Assembly: GCA_046597065.1 (NCBI GenBank)
Contig: JBKJLI010000003.1
Coordinates: 72,219 to 136,218 of the forward strand
DNA from: Candidatus Saccharimonadia bacterium
GTDB taxonomy: Bacteria > Patescibacteriota > Saccharimonadia > UBA4664 > SCTI01
Direction: 5' to 3'
DNA: 64,000 nucleotides
The notes below the pieces were generated by a model. It did not search any database, had not been told where the DNA came from, and saw only the letters and a list, made by a program, of their open reading frames with translations. Positions 10,434-19,612 of the stretch are shown one piece after another. Position numbers and translations under genes: made by a program. The first letter of the stretch is position 1, and each line of letters starts with the position of its first letter.

Positions 10434-10548
10434 GTTTAGAGCATAGCGCGATATTAAATATATGTCAATAGAAGCCAACAGAAAATATAGAATACACCCA
10501 TCTGTTAACAGGTTAGATAAATATGTAAATGTTCACTGGCAATAACGC

Positions 10549-11034
10549 AAAAAAAAGCCCCGACATATGTCGGGATTGGCCAATAAGGCATAAGGGGGTG
10601 CCTCACCAGAGTGGTGGGTCGGTTTGTGCCGACTCCTACCACTCTGGGAGACAAGGGCCGCCTACGGTTACCTGCCTAGCTTGTTCAGCTTGCAGGAAGT
10701 TGAAGGGTGCCCATGGGGGACGCTTAGCGCAGAAACGCGCCACCGTCCCATGGCAGCATCTCGTGGCCATACGTGTGGCCGTCGATGAGAAGATGCCGAA
10801 CGAAGGCGCCCGAGCCCAGGCTCAGGCTCGAGCTACGACGTCTGCATGTGGACCTCCGAGGAGGTGTCATGATGGCGACCTCCAGTCGCGGTGATAGATG
10901 GGCCCAGGATTAGACCCTTAGTGATGCACTCGAGTTGCAGTGCCAGAAACCAGTGCTGTGTACACCGACAACTTCTGGGCGAACACTAACACTTAGATAT
11001 CCTTTAAAAGTGCACCGACTACATCGAGTACAGC
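10549..11034 (-). ncRNA. Candidate ~490-nt structured RNA containing a 48-aa sORF
   Basis: TTGACG-17-TAGTAT promoter (11041-11069), many GC hairpins, terminator CCCGACATATGTCGGG plus U8. Confidence 0.55.
10724..10870 (-). CDS. Putative 48-aa small protein MTPPRRSTCRRRSSSLSLGSGAFVRHLLIDGHTYGHEMLPWDGGAFLR
   Basis: GGAGG 8 nt upstream, inside a GCGAC/GTCGC hairpin. Confidence 0.35.
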   Translation of the reverse strand: MTPPRRSTCRRRSSSLSLGSGAFVRHLLIDGHTYGHEMLPWDGGAFLR

Positions 11035-11086
11035 ACTAATATACTAGCAGAAAATACTTGTTACGTCAAACATTACTGACAGTTAA

Positions 11087-11839
11087 TTACTTCTTATTGC
11101 TCCAAGCCATTTCAAACAGCTGTCTAAGAACTCCGACAATCTCTTTACTTTCAATAATTACGCCAATCGAATCTTTGCCAGCGTAGGTTACAAAGGCCAC
11201 CACGTCTTCGTGTAAGCTGACATCGGCTTTAATCGGTTCGTTCACCTTGATTGTTTCGCGTAGAAGTTTGGGATCGCTAGGAAAATCCCCCCGATAGGAG
11301 TAAATAATTTTGCTAGATCGCTTCTTTTTAAGGCGTTGAGTAGGGTTGGACTTCATGATATCGGGTATTATCTTTTCGACCTCATCGTAATTGACTACCC
11401 CATAGCCAACATCTCCAATATGAGCTCTACGCTGTGCTTCGTTGGCGGCAGCCCGTACGCCCTCTACCCCTTTATAAAACCTCACCACGGGGGCTTTATC
11501 GGCCTCTGAGCGCTGGGTTTGTTCTAGCTGAGGAAGCAGCTCTTTAAGCTCTTCGCGCCGTTGCACAATTTGTTCGGCTTGTCGTTCAAATAAACGATTG
11601 AGGGCCGAAGGACCTTCGGCCACGTAAACCGTTTTCTTATTTTCGGTTGACTGGCTTACTAGACCTAAGTCAGCCAACTGGTCCAAAATCACATAAGCGG
11701 TGGCTCGATTAACATCAGCCTGTTCAGAAATTTTCTGAACTGCCGAAGGGCCTAAAAACAGGGCGGCCACATAAACCTTGGCCTCTTTGTCAGAAAGGCC
11801 CAACGACTGCAGTTTAGCGGCTAATTCAGTGATTTGCAT
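11087..11839 (-). CDS. TrmB-family transcriptional regulator
   Basis: LQSLGLSDKEAKVYVAAL wHTH followed by PVVRFYKG effector domain. Confidence 0.88.
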   Translation of the reverse strand: MQITELAAKLQSLGLSDKEAKVYVAALFLGPSAVQKISEQADVNRATAYVILDQLADLGLVSQSTENKKTVYVAEGPSALNRLFERQAEQIVQRREELKELLPQLEQTQRSEADKAPVVRFYKGVEGVRAAANEAQRRAHIGDVGYGVVNYDEVEKIIPDIMKSNPTQRLKKKRSSKIIYSYRGDFPSDPKLLRETIKVNEPIKADVSLHEDVVAFVTYAGKDSIGVIIESKEIVGVLRQLFEMAWSNKK

Positions 11840-11886
11840 ACCAACACTTTAACATTGTTGTCAGTAAATATCAACAGAATAATTGC

Positions 11887-11976
11887 TGGCGGAGGGGGTG
11901 GGATTCGAACCCACGAGACGGTCTCCCGCCTGCTGGTTTTCAAGACCAGTACCTTCAACCACTCGGTCACCCCTCC
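11887..11976 (-). tRNA. tRNA-Ser(TGA)
   Basis: Cloverleaf, anticodon arm CTGGT-CTTGAAA-ACCAG, long variable arm, GTTCGAATCC, CCA end. Confidence 0.95.
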
Positions 11977-12081
11977 GGGTGCGCCATGGGCGTACTATAC
12001 ACACTGAAGGGGCCGGCCAACAAGCGGTTGATTGTGCTTTAGCAGTCAACTCGGCATAATACAGCTATTAGAGGTCGTGAC

Positions 12082-12645
12082 ATGGAACCCAATCCCCAAA
12101 ATTCAACAGTAGCCGAAATTAAACCTTCGACTGAAGTTGTGCAGCTAGAAACCCAGCCGAATGATACACCTAAGGCCGATGTTCCTGAACTACCCCCATA
12201 CTCATGGCATGCTTCTGAATATATTTTTCATTCAAAGCCAGTTACTTGGTACTTAGCCTTATGGGTTATAGTGCTGGTTGTTTGCGGCGGATTAGTCTTT
12301 TTACAGCAATGGCTAAGCATAGCAGTTATTGTTGTAATGGCTTTGGCAATTAGCGTTTATACCCGTAAAGAGCCACGTGAATTACAGTACATGCTAGATT
12401 CACATGGCGTAACCGTAGACGGCAAGCTAATAGCGTACAACTTGTTTCATTCGTTTAGTGTGGCCCAAGAAATGTCGTGGCACGAAATTGATTTAGAGCC
12501 TACCAAGAGATTTGTCCCGCGCTTAACCCTTATATGCGCAACGGCCGATGCCGGACAAATAGAGCAAATTCTAGCGGCTCACTTACCACGTCAAGATCGC
12601 TTGCCCGACTGGGTTGAGCGAGCCAGCCGCCGCCTGCGTTTTTAG
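12082..12645 (+). CDS. Conserved CPR-type membrane protein (two TM helices)
   Basis: YSWHASEYIFHSK motif, TM pair, C-terminal small domain. Confidence 0.7.
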   Translation: MEPNPQNSTVAEIKPSTEVVQLETQPNDTPKADVPELPPYSWHASEYIFHSKPVTWYLALWVIVLVVCGGLVFLQQWLSIAVIVVMALAISVYTRKEPRELQYMLDSHGVTVDGKLIAYNLFHSFSVAQEMSWHEIDLEPTKRFVPRLTLICATADAGQIEQILAAHLPRQDRLPDWVERASRRLRF

Positions 12646-12698
12646 GCTTCAAAACCTTCTACAGATGTGCTAATCTGGAACGGTCATAAACCTGGTAT

Positions 12699-12775
<77 letters not shown>

Positions 12776-12836
12776 GGAATGATTTTTGCAGCGGGACCTA
12801 GCCAATCCACCAGTAATCGGCCGGCCCAAGCGAGAT

Positions 12837-12926
12837 GGAGAGGTGGCCGAGTGGTTGAAGGCGCCGCTCTCGAAAAGCGGTATACCGGCAACGGTATCGT
12901 GGGTTCGAATCCCACCCTCTCCGCCA
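12837..12926 (+). tRNA. tRNA-Ser(CGA)
   Basis: Anticodon arm CCGCT-CTCGAAA-AGCGG, long variable arm, CCA. Confidence 0.95.
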
Positions 12927-12959
12927 TGCTGTAACTTAACAGAATTGATAGAATAGACA

Positions 12960-13004
12960 GTGTTTTCACGTGAAAACACCAGCCGACGTTTTCACGTGAA
13001 AACG
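12960..13004. promoter_or_regulatory. Two tandem parS-like palindromes GTTTTCACGTGAAAAC
   Basis: Cores at 12962-12977 and 12988-13003; share the TTTCACGTGAAA core of canonical parS TGTTTCACGTGAAACA. Confidence 0.7.
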
Positions 13005-13014
13005 AACACTTCGT

Positions 13015-13107
13015 GGAGAGGTACCCAAGTGGCTGAAGGGGCGGGTTTGCTAAACCTGTAGGGGGGAGTAATCCCCCGCGAGAGTTCGAATCTCTCTCTC
13101 TCCGCCA
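13015..13107 (+). tRNA. tRNA-Ser(GCT)
   Basis: Anticodon arm CGGGT-TTGCTAA-ACCTG, long variable arm, CCA. Confidence 0.95.
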
Positions 13108-13119
13108 GCACTTATATGA

Positions 13120-13929
13120 TTAAAAGCGGCCCGAACGTAGATTTTCAATAATCTGCTTTTCTTGGTTGGCACCATCGCGCTGGCCCTGGGCTAACAGCAC
13201 GCGTCGCTTTAGTTCGTGAGCATCTAAACTACTTGGATCAATTGAAAGGGCGTTTGCGGCGGCCTGAGCGGCCTTGTTAACGTTGTCATGCTTATTATCG
13301 GGTGCGGTTAAATACAACGCTCCAAGGGCCGTAAAACGGCTAACAGAGCGTTCCGGGGCAGTCTCTAGCACTCGCAGAGCAGCCTGGGGCATGTGGTTGG
13401 CCAGCAGTTCAGATGCAAGTGCAGTGCCGCCACCCTGAATTCTAGTTAATGACCGCTCCCCCGCTGTCGATAAGATTTTGGCTTTAAGTTGATTTGCTTC
13501 TAACCCTCGGCCATTTACAGCCAACCAAATGGCTTGTTGAAGCGCTTTACTTTCAGAATCAGTATTTTCAATTTGGCCCTGTCCCCTACCCAGTTCAATT
13601 TGAGCATGCGACCTGGTTAATACGGCGTCATTGCCATCACGATTACGTAGAACTTCAAATGCGCTATCGGCCCTCCAGCGTTCCAGGTAACGTGTGGCCA
13701 GTTCCACAGCGTAACCGGCATTTTTCGGATCGAGCTTAATGGCTATCTGGTAGCCGGTTTCAGGATCAATACTGTTTTTGTTGGCTGCGTCGGCTATTAT
13801 AGCCGCCCGATCTTGGGCAAAAGCTTTAGCCACCGGCACCATTGCGGCTAAACCTAGAGCTGCCAGCCCAACAGATCCTGCCGCCAACCAGGCGAACCAG
13901 TTATTTTTTGATGTTTGCGATTTGCTCAT
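13120..13929 (-). CDS. Membrane-anchored TPR-like helical protein
   Basis: N-terminal TM; AIKLDPKN and ALSIDPSS TPR-like turns. Confidence 0.55.
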   Translation of the reverse strand: MSKSQTSKNNWFAWLAAGSVGLAALGLAAMVPVAKAFAQDRAAIIADAANKNSIDPETGYQIAIKLDPKNAGYAVELATRYLERWRADSAFEVLRNRDGNDAVLTRSHAQIELGRGQGQIENTDSESKALQQAIWLAVNGRGLEANQLKAKILSTAGERSLTRIQGGGTALASELLANHMPQAALRVLETAPERSVSRFTALGALYLTAPDNKHDNVNKAAQAAANALSIDPSSLDAHELKRRVLLAQGQRDGANQEKQIIENLRSGRF

Positions 13930-16441
13930 CTAGTTTTGATATTAACAGCTCGGTTTGTTGTAAGCGATCACGTGTTTCTGTTACCAGCGTGGCAGGAGCC
14001 TTTTCTAAGTACCTATGGTTAGAGAGCTGTAATTTTAGGCGTTTGGCATACTCCCCTGCTTCATTGAGCTTAAGCTTAAGATTATCTAAGTAGCGACCAA
14101 CATCTTCGGTGCTGATTAAAAGTCGTCCCACCAGTTTTCCAGCCTCGACTTTTAAACCACCACTCCCCTCTTTAATTTCGCTAAGCCCAGCTAGCTTAAC
14201 TAGAATCTTGAAATCGACAGCAGTGAGATCGTCGGCCAAGCTAAGACTGGGTTGTTTAAGCTCTAATTCAGCAGAAATACCGCGTATTTGGCTTACTAGA
14301 GCCATAATATCTATAAATACTTGATTCTTTACATCAAATTTATTGGCTTTAGGCCAGTCCGAAACTATTAAGTTATGGCTTTGCCAAGGCAATTGCTGCC
14401 ATATTACCTCGGTTACGAACGGTGCAAAGGGGTGGATTAAGCGCAGAATGGTATCAAGGCAATAGGTTAGTACCGAAGGGTTAGGGGATACTTTGGATGC
14501 TTCAATATACCAATCAGCCAGATCGTCCCAAAGTAATGAGTAGATTCGCTCGCCAGCCTCGCTAAACCGGTAACTTTCAATGGCTTTACTTACATCAGTA
14601 ATCTCGGAGTTAAAACGATTCAAAATCCAGTGGTCTGCCGAACTGATTGGTTTCGGTGTAGTGGGGGAGTGGTCGCCTTCGGGTAGCGAATCAAGAATAA
14701 AACGGCTAACGTTCCATAACTTGTTGCAGAAGTTACGGTAACCCTCGATTTTTTTATCTGATAATGAGCCATCATTTCCGGGTGTAATACCAATTGTTAG
14801 TGCTAGACGCAATGCGTCTGTTCCATATTCGGCTGTTTTCTCGAGCGGATTGATTACATTTCCCTTGCTTTTGCTCATTTTTTTACCCCGCTCATCATTA
14901 ACCAGGCCGTGCAAATAGATGGTTTTAAAAGGTACTTTTCCTGTCCGGTATAGGCCAAGCATAACCATGCGCGTTACCCAGATGGTTAGGATGTCACGAC
15001 CGGTTTCCATAACCGAGGTAGGGTAGAAGCGTTCAAAATCACCGCTGCTCATAAGCGTGGCGTATGGCCACTGGCTAGATGAAAACCAGGTGTCAAAGGT
15101 ATCAGACTCGGCCTCGTAGTTGCCTTCGCCGTAATACTCTTTGGCCTCGTTTTCACGTGAAAACGGCATGTATGGGGCTTTGGTAGTGTCTGAGCCGGTG
15201 TTGTAGTAAACCGGGATCCGAATTCCAAACCAGTTCTGGCGGCTGATATTCCAGTCGCGTAAGTTCTCTAACCAGCTGATGTACTGTTTTTCAAAACGTT
15301 TAGGCACAATTTTGATATCGCCATTCTTAACAGCCTCAATTGCCGGCTTAACAAGCTGTTCAACTTTTAACCACCACTGCTCTGTAACCAAGGGTTCAAT
15401 CTGGGTGCCGCAGCGGCTATGGTAGGCGACATTATGACTGTAATTCATTTCGATGTGATCAATTAAACCTGCGGCTTCAAGGTCTTGTGCCACCTGTTGG
15501 CGTGCATCAACTACCGGCATACCGGCATATTTGCCGGCTAACTTGGTCAGGCGGCCATCGGTACCAATAGCTTGTTTAACTTCAAGGTTATGGCGCAAGC
15601 CCATCTCCCAGTCATTGGGATCATGGGCCGGGGTAACCTTTACTACACCGGTACCAAAAGCCGGATCAACGTAGTCGTCGGCAATGACTTTTAGCTTGAA
15701 TTTACCCAGTAGGCCATCGGCTTCGATTTCTTTACCGATGTATTTTTGGTAGCGCTCATCTTTGGGGTGTACTGCAATTGCCGTGTCGCCAAACTTAGTT
15801 TCTGGACGCACCGTCGCCAGCACAAAGGGACCATATTTGATGTAATACAACGGATCTATCTGTTGCTGGTGCTTAATTTCGATATCAGCGAAAGCTGAGT
15901 GGCAATGAGGGCACCAGTTTACAATGCGGTTGCCTCGGTATATGTGGCCATCTTTTAACAGCTTGCGAAAAGTGTCGTAGACAGTGTCGATAACATCATC
16001 ATCAAGGGTGAATTTAAGCCGGCTCCAATCGGCCGAAAAGCCCATGGCTTTTAGCTCGCTAAGCATGATCCCCATGTGTTCACGGGTATATTCCAAAGCA
16101 GCTTGGTAAAACTCTTGGGGGCTATAATCGAAGCGAGTTTTGCCTTCCTTAGCTAGTTCGCGTTCAAACACAATCTGGGTTTCGATGCCGGCGTGATCCA
16201 TTCCGGGTAGCCACAGCGTAGGGTGGCCTTTCATCCGCCAGTATCGAATCATGACATCTTCTACAGTGAACATGGCGGTGCCAACGTGGATGTGTCCGTT
16301 GGCATTGGGTGGCGGCATAATGATAGAAAATGGCGACTTTTTAGGATCGCCGGCCGGCTTAAAAGCACCAGATTCTTCCCATAGCTTGTATATATCGGCC
16401 TCGTAACGGGAGGGGACGTATGCTTTTTCCATCTCACTCAT
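13901..16441 (-). CDS. valS: Valine--tRNA ligase
   Basis: PPPNANGHIHVG (HIGH), DWNISRQ, KMSKS, C-terminal coiled coil. Confidence 0.97.
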   Translation of the reverse strand: MSEMEKAYVPSRYEADIYKLWEESGAFKPAGDPKKSPFSIIMPPPNANGHIHVGTAMFTVEDVMIRYWRMKGHPTLWLPGMDHAGIETQIVFERELAKEGKTRFDYSPQEFYQAALEYTREHMGIMLSELKAMGFSADWSRLKFTLDDDVIDTVYDTFRKLLKDGHIYRGNRIVNWCPHCHSAFADIEIKHQQQIDPLYYIKYGPFVLATVRPETKFGDTAIAVHPKDERYQKYIGKEIEADGLLGKFKLKVIADDYVDPAFGTGVVKVTPAHDPNDWEMGLRHNLEVKQAIGTDGRLTKLAGKYAGMPVVDARQQVAQDLEAAGLIDHIEMNYSHNVAYHSRCGTQIEPLVTEQWWLKVEQLVKPAIEAVKNGDIKIVPKRFEKQYISWLENLRDWNISRQNWFGIRIPVYYNTGSDTTKAPYMPFSRENEAKEYYGEGNYEAESDTFDTWFSSSQWPYATLMSSGDFERFYPTSVMETGRDILTIWVTRMVMLGLYRTGKVPFKTIYLHGLVNDERGKKMSKSKGNVINPLEKTAEYGTDALRLALTIGITPGNDGSLSDKKIEGYRNFCNKLWNVSRFILDSLPEGDHSPTTPKPISSADHWILNRFNSEITDVSKAIESYRFSEAGERIYSLLWDDLADWYIEASKVSPNPSVLTYCLDTILRLIHPFAPFVTEVIWQQLPWQSHNLIVSDWPKANKFDVKNQVFIDIMALVSQIRGISAELELKQPSLSLADDLTAVDFKILVKLAGLSEIKEGSGGLKVEAGKLVGRLLISTEDVGRYLDNLKLKLNEAGEYAKRLKLQLSNHRYLEKAPATLVTETRDRLQQTELLISKLDEQIANIKK
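15149..15164. promoter_or_regulatory. Third parS-like palindrome, inside valS
   Basis: Exact GTTTTCACGTGAAAAC, extended to 18 bp by C/G. Confidence 0.65.
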
Positions 16442-16485
16442 GGGCCAATTTTAGCACGGGAGCGAACAGATAACAGCCGGTTGGA

Positions 16486-17511
16486 CTACATCGACAGAAT
16501 GGGGTCTGGTGTAAGCAAGAGGGGACTGGCAATGCTAGCTTTAGCAAATCCACCACGTGCCGCGATCATAGCAGCATTATCGGTACACAGGTTGATGGGT
16601 GGAAAGATTACCGGGATATTAAGCGATCCTATTAGCTGTGAACGCAATAGTTGGTTGGCAGCAACCCCGCCGGCTACCACCACACTGGTGGGGGAGTAAA
16701 GCCGCGTAGCCGTAGTTACTCGCTCAATTAAAATCTCAACCGCAACACGTTGAAAGCTAGCGGCTAAATCATGCTTTTGTGTCTGAGTTAGCAGGTCTGG
16801 GAGCTCATGCGATGGTGTGCGATAGTCGCGCCCAGCTGCAGCTTGTGCCGTTCGAAGTACCGCTGTTTTTAACCCACTAAAGCTAAAATCTAAACTGTCC
16901 TTGCCAAGTTTAGGCTTAGGTAAAGCAAAAACGCTGTCATCACCCTGCTCGGCCGCATTCGCAACCGATGGCCCACCAGGGTAGGGGAGCCCGATAATTT
17001 TAGCTACTTTGTCGAAGGCCTCACCAACGGCATCATCGTGAGTACGGCCTAAAATGTCGTAAATTCCATGATTGCGAAACAGCACCAGCTGGGTGTGTCC
17101 ACCAGATACAATCAGCCCAAGTATTGGAAACCGTGGGGGAGTGTTGGTAAGCCAGGCTGCATATACGTGAGCTTCTACATGATTGATTGCCATAAGTGGT
17201 TTTTGCTTGATAACCGCTAGAGTTCGAGCGGCCAGGTTACCAATGAGTAGCGAGCCAATTAAGCCAGGGCCTTTAGTTACTGCAATTGCATCGATTTCGG
17301 CCCAACCAAGCTTAGCGTCTGCCAGCGCTTGCTCAATTACCGGAGTCATCACCTCGATGTGTGAGCGGGCTGCTACTTCTGGCACTACGCCACCATAAAC
17401 CGCATGCAGGTCTACCTGCGACGCCACAACATTGCTAAGCAGATCGGTGCCATTTTTAACAACCGCGGCGGCGGTTTCATCGCAACTAGTTTCAATGCCA
17501 AGAATCGTCAT
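16486..17511 (-). CDS. tsaD: tRNA t6A37 synthase subunit TsaD
   Basis: ILGIETSCDETAAA, HVEAH, SGGHT, CTDNAAMIA. Confidence 0.97.
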   Translation of the reverse strand: MTILGIETSCDETAAAVVKNGTDLLSNVVASQVDLHAVYGGVVPEVAARSHIEVMTPVIEQALADAKLGWAEIDAIAVTKGPGLIGSLLIGNLAARTLAVIKQKPLMAINHVEAHVYAAWLTNTPPRFPILGLIVSGGHTQLVLFRNHGIYDILGRTHDDAVGEAFDKVAKIIGLPYPGGPSVANAAEQGDDSVFALPKPKLGKDSLDFSFSGLKTAVLRTAQAAAGRDYRTPSHELPDLLTQTQKHDLAASFQRVAVEILIERVTTATRLYSPTSVVVAGGVAANQLLRSQLIGSLNIPVIFPPINLCTDNAAMIAARGGFAKASIASPLLLTPDPILSM

Positions 17512-17559
17512 GCCGCCCAGTATACATTAGGGTGCTTCTTATGCGGTACAATAAGCGGT

Positions 17560-18528
17560 ATGAATATTGGACTGCCGCCAGCCGCCTGGGACGACCATAT
17601 TACTCAACTGGGCGGCAGTTTGCTGCAGAGTCGGGTTTGGGCTGAGGTGCAAGAAGCAATGGGCCGGACCTCGGTTTGGGAGCAAGGCGATGGTTGGGCA
17701 TGGTGCGGTGCGGTGCGAGTAAGTTATGGTCTGCGTTATCTAATGTGCAGCTATGGCCCGGTGGCCAAAGATGCTACTGCCATGAAGGCAGCGCTAGATT
17801 CGCTGCTAGTGGCCGGTCGTCAGCTAGGTGCTGACTTTGTGCGAGTAGAGCCCCAAGACGCTGTTTCAATAAAGCCATTACAAAAACACGACGCGGTGCA
17901 GATTGCCGATTGGCAGCCGCGTCACACCCAGGTAATTGACCTGCTACAAGACGAAGCAGTATTGCGTAGTGGTTTGGCTTCGGGCCATCGCAACTTAATT
18001 AATGGGGCTGAGCGACGAGGCGTTAAGGTTCGCACCAGCCACAGCGACGATGATCTTAAACTTTTTTTAGATATGATTCACGACACTGCTAAGCGCACTA
18101 AGGCTGTCTTTTTTGCCGACAGTTACTATCTGCAGTTATGGAAAGCCATGACTAGCGAACGAGCGGCGGTATTGTATGTTGCCGAAGCCGAAGGGCAGCC
18201 GGTATCAACGGCTTTACTTTATGACTGGGGTGGTACCAGAATTTATGCCCATGCCGGAGCCTACCAGGCGGCCAACCGTAAAACTAAGGCCTCGGTTGTG
18301 TTGGTTTGGCAGTCGATACTTGATGCCAAAGCCGCCGGCTTAAAAGAGTTTGATCTGTGGGGGGTGGCTCCAAGCGATGACCCCAAACATCCTTGGGCCG
18401 GTCTGACCTCGTTTAAAAAGGGCTTTGGCGGCCAAGCACGGGAGTATGTCGGAACCTGGGATATTCCGCTTAAGAAAGCCAAATATGGTGTTTATAGTGT
18501 TTATCGACGGGTGAGGGGTCGCGAGTAG
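17560..18528 (+). CDS. FemABX-family peptidoglycan peptidyltransferase
   Basis: LLQSRVWAEV, FVRVEP, FDLWGV...WAGLTSFKKGFGG. ATG 17560 lies 7 nt after TACAAT. Confidence 0.88.
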   Translation: MNIGLPPAAWDDHITQLGGSLLQSRVWAEVQEAMGRTSVWEQGDGWAWCGAVRVSYGLRYLMCSYGPVAKDATAMKAALDSLLVAGRQLGADFVRVEPQDAVSIKPLQKHDAVQIADWQPRHTQVIDLLQDEAVLRSGLASGHRNLINGAERRGVKVRTSHSDDDLKLFLDMIHDTAKRTKAVFFADSYYLQLWKAMTSERAAVLYVAEAEGQPVSTALLYDWGGTRIYAHAGAYQAANRKTKASVVLVWQSILDAKAAGLKEFDLWGVAPSDDPKHPWAGLTSFKKGFGGQAREYVGTWDIPLKKAKYGVYSVYRRVRGRE

Positions 18529-19574
18529 TGAGACCGGCCAATAACGACGAACTAGCTAACTGGGATCAGCTGATTGCGGATAATCCAGACGGCGGCAACG
18601 TTTTGCAGCTGAAAGCCTTTGGCCAAACCAAGGCTCGTCACGGTTGGCACTCTCGCTTCTTTATTCAAGAGTCCGGTAATCAGAAATTAGCAGTTCTGGC
18701 GCTGGCTCGAACAATTCAATTGCTTGGTGAGTTCTGGTATTTACCTAAAGGTCCGGGTGTCGCCGACGCTATTAACTTAAATGCATTTTTAAATGATGTG
18801 CGTAAGCTTGATCAGCCACCATTCGCGGTTCGCATGGACCCAGAGCTAACACAGCGCCAACTAACAACGTCTGCCGCCACTAAGCTGGGTTTGGTTAAAT
18901 CTCCACGCGATATCCAGTACAACGTCAACACCGTGATCGTTGATCTGGCCCCCAGCGAAGATGACATGCTGGCCTCGTTTAAGCAAAAAACTCGATACAA
19001 CGTGCGGCTGGCTGCTAAAAAGGGGGTGGAGGTTAAGGCGGTGTCTACCAATCAGCAAACCATCGACACCATGTACCAGCTTTATGCCACCACCACCAAG
19101 CGCGCCAATGTCTACTTAAGGTCCAAGAGTTATTTTAGTGACTTTTGGCAGCTGCATTCAGATAGTTCTACCGGTCAACAGTTTTTTGCTAGCTACCAAG
19201 GCCAGGTATTAGCCGGGGCCTACGTGACTTTTGTTGGTAATAAAGCGCTGTATAAAGATGGTGGATCAATTCGTGAACACACCGAACTGCAGGCGCCATA
19301 TGCTTTGCAGTGGGAGATTATGCGTTGGCTAAAAGCCAAAGGCATTACCGAGTACGATCTACACGGCACCCCACCGGCTGCACGGGCTGATGACCGCACT
19401 CACCCGTTGGCCGGTTTGGCGCGCTTTAAAACCGGCTTTAACCAGCAAATCACCGAGTTTGCAGGTACTTATGACCTGCCCATCGATCAAGCAAAATACC
19501 AGCGCTGGGTTCAATTTGGCGAGCGTTTAGCAACCGGTTATCAGTCGCGAATACGCGGACGCCTGTTTTATTAG
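18528..19574 (+). CDS. FemABX-family (FemX-like) peptidyltransferase
   Basis: YLPKGP, KTRYNVRLAAKKGV, YDLHG...FKTGF. Confidence 0.9.
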   Translation: MRPANNDELANWDQLIADNPDGGNVLQLKAFGQTKARHGWHSRFFIQESGNQKLAVLALARTIQLLGEFWYLPKGPGVADAINLNAFLNDVRKLDQPPFAVRMDPELTQRQLTTSAATKLGLVKSPRDIQYNVNTVIVDLAPSEDDMLASFKQKTRYNVRLAAKKGVEVKAVSTNQQTIDTMYQLYATTTKRANVYLRSKSYFSDFWQLHSDSSTGQQFFASYQGQVLAGAYVTFVGNKALYKDGGSIREHTELQAPYALQWEIMRWLKAKGITEYDLHGTPPAARADDRTHPLAGLARFKTGFNQQITEFAGTYDLPIDQAKYQRWVQFGERLATGYQSRIRGRLFY

Positions 19575-19612
19575 AGTTCGACCCATCGCCTTGATTAAGC
19601 TATTCTGTGGTC

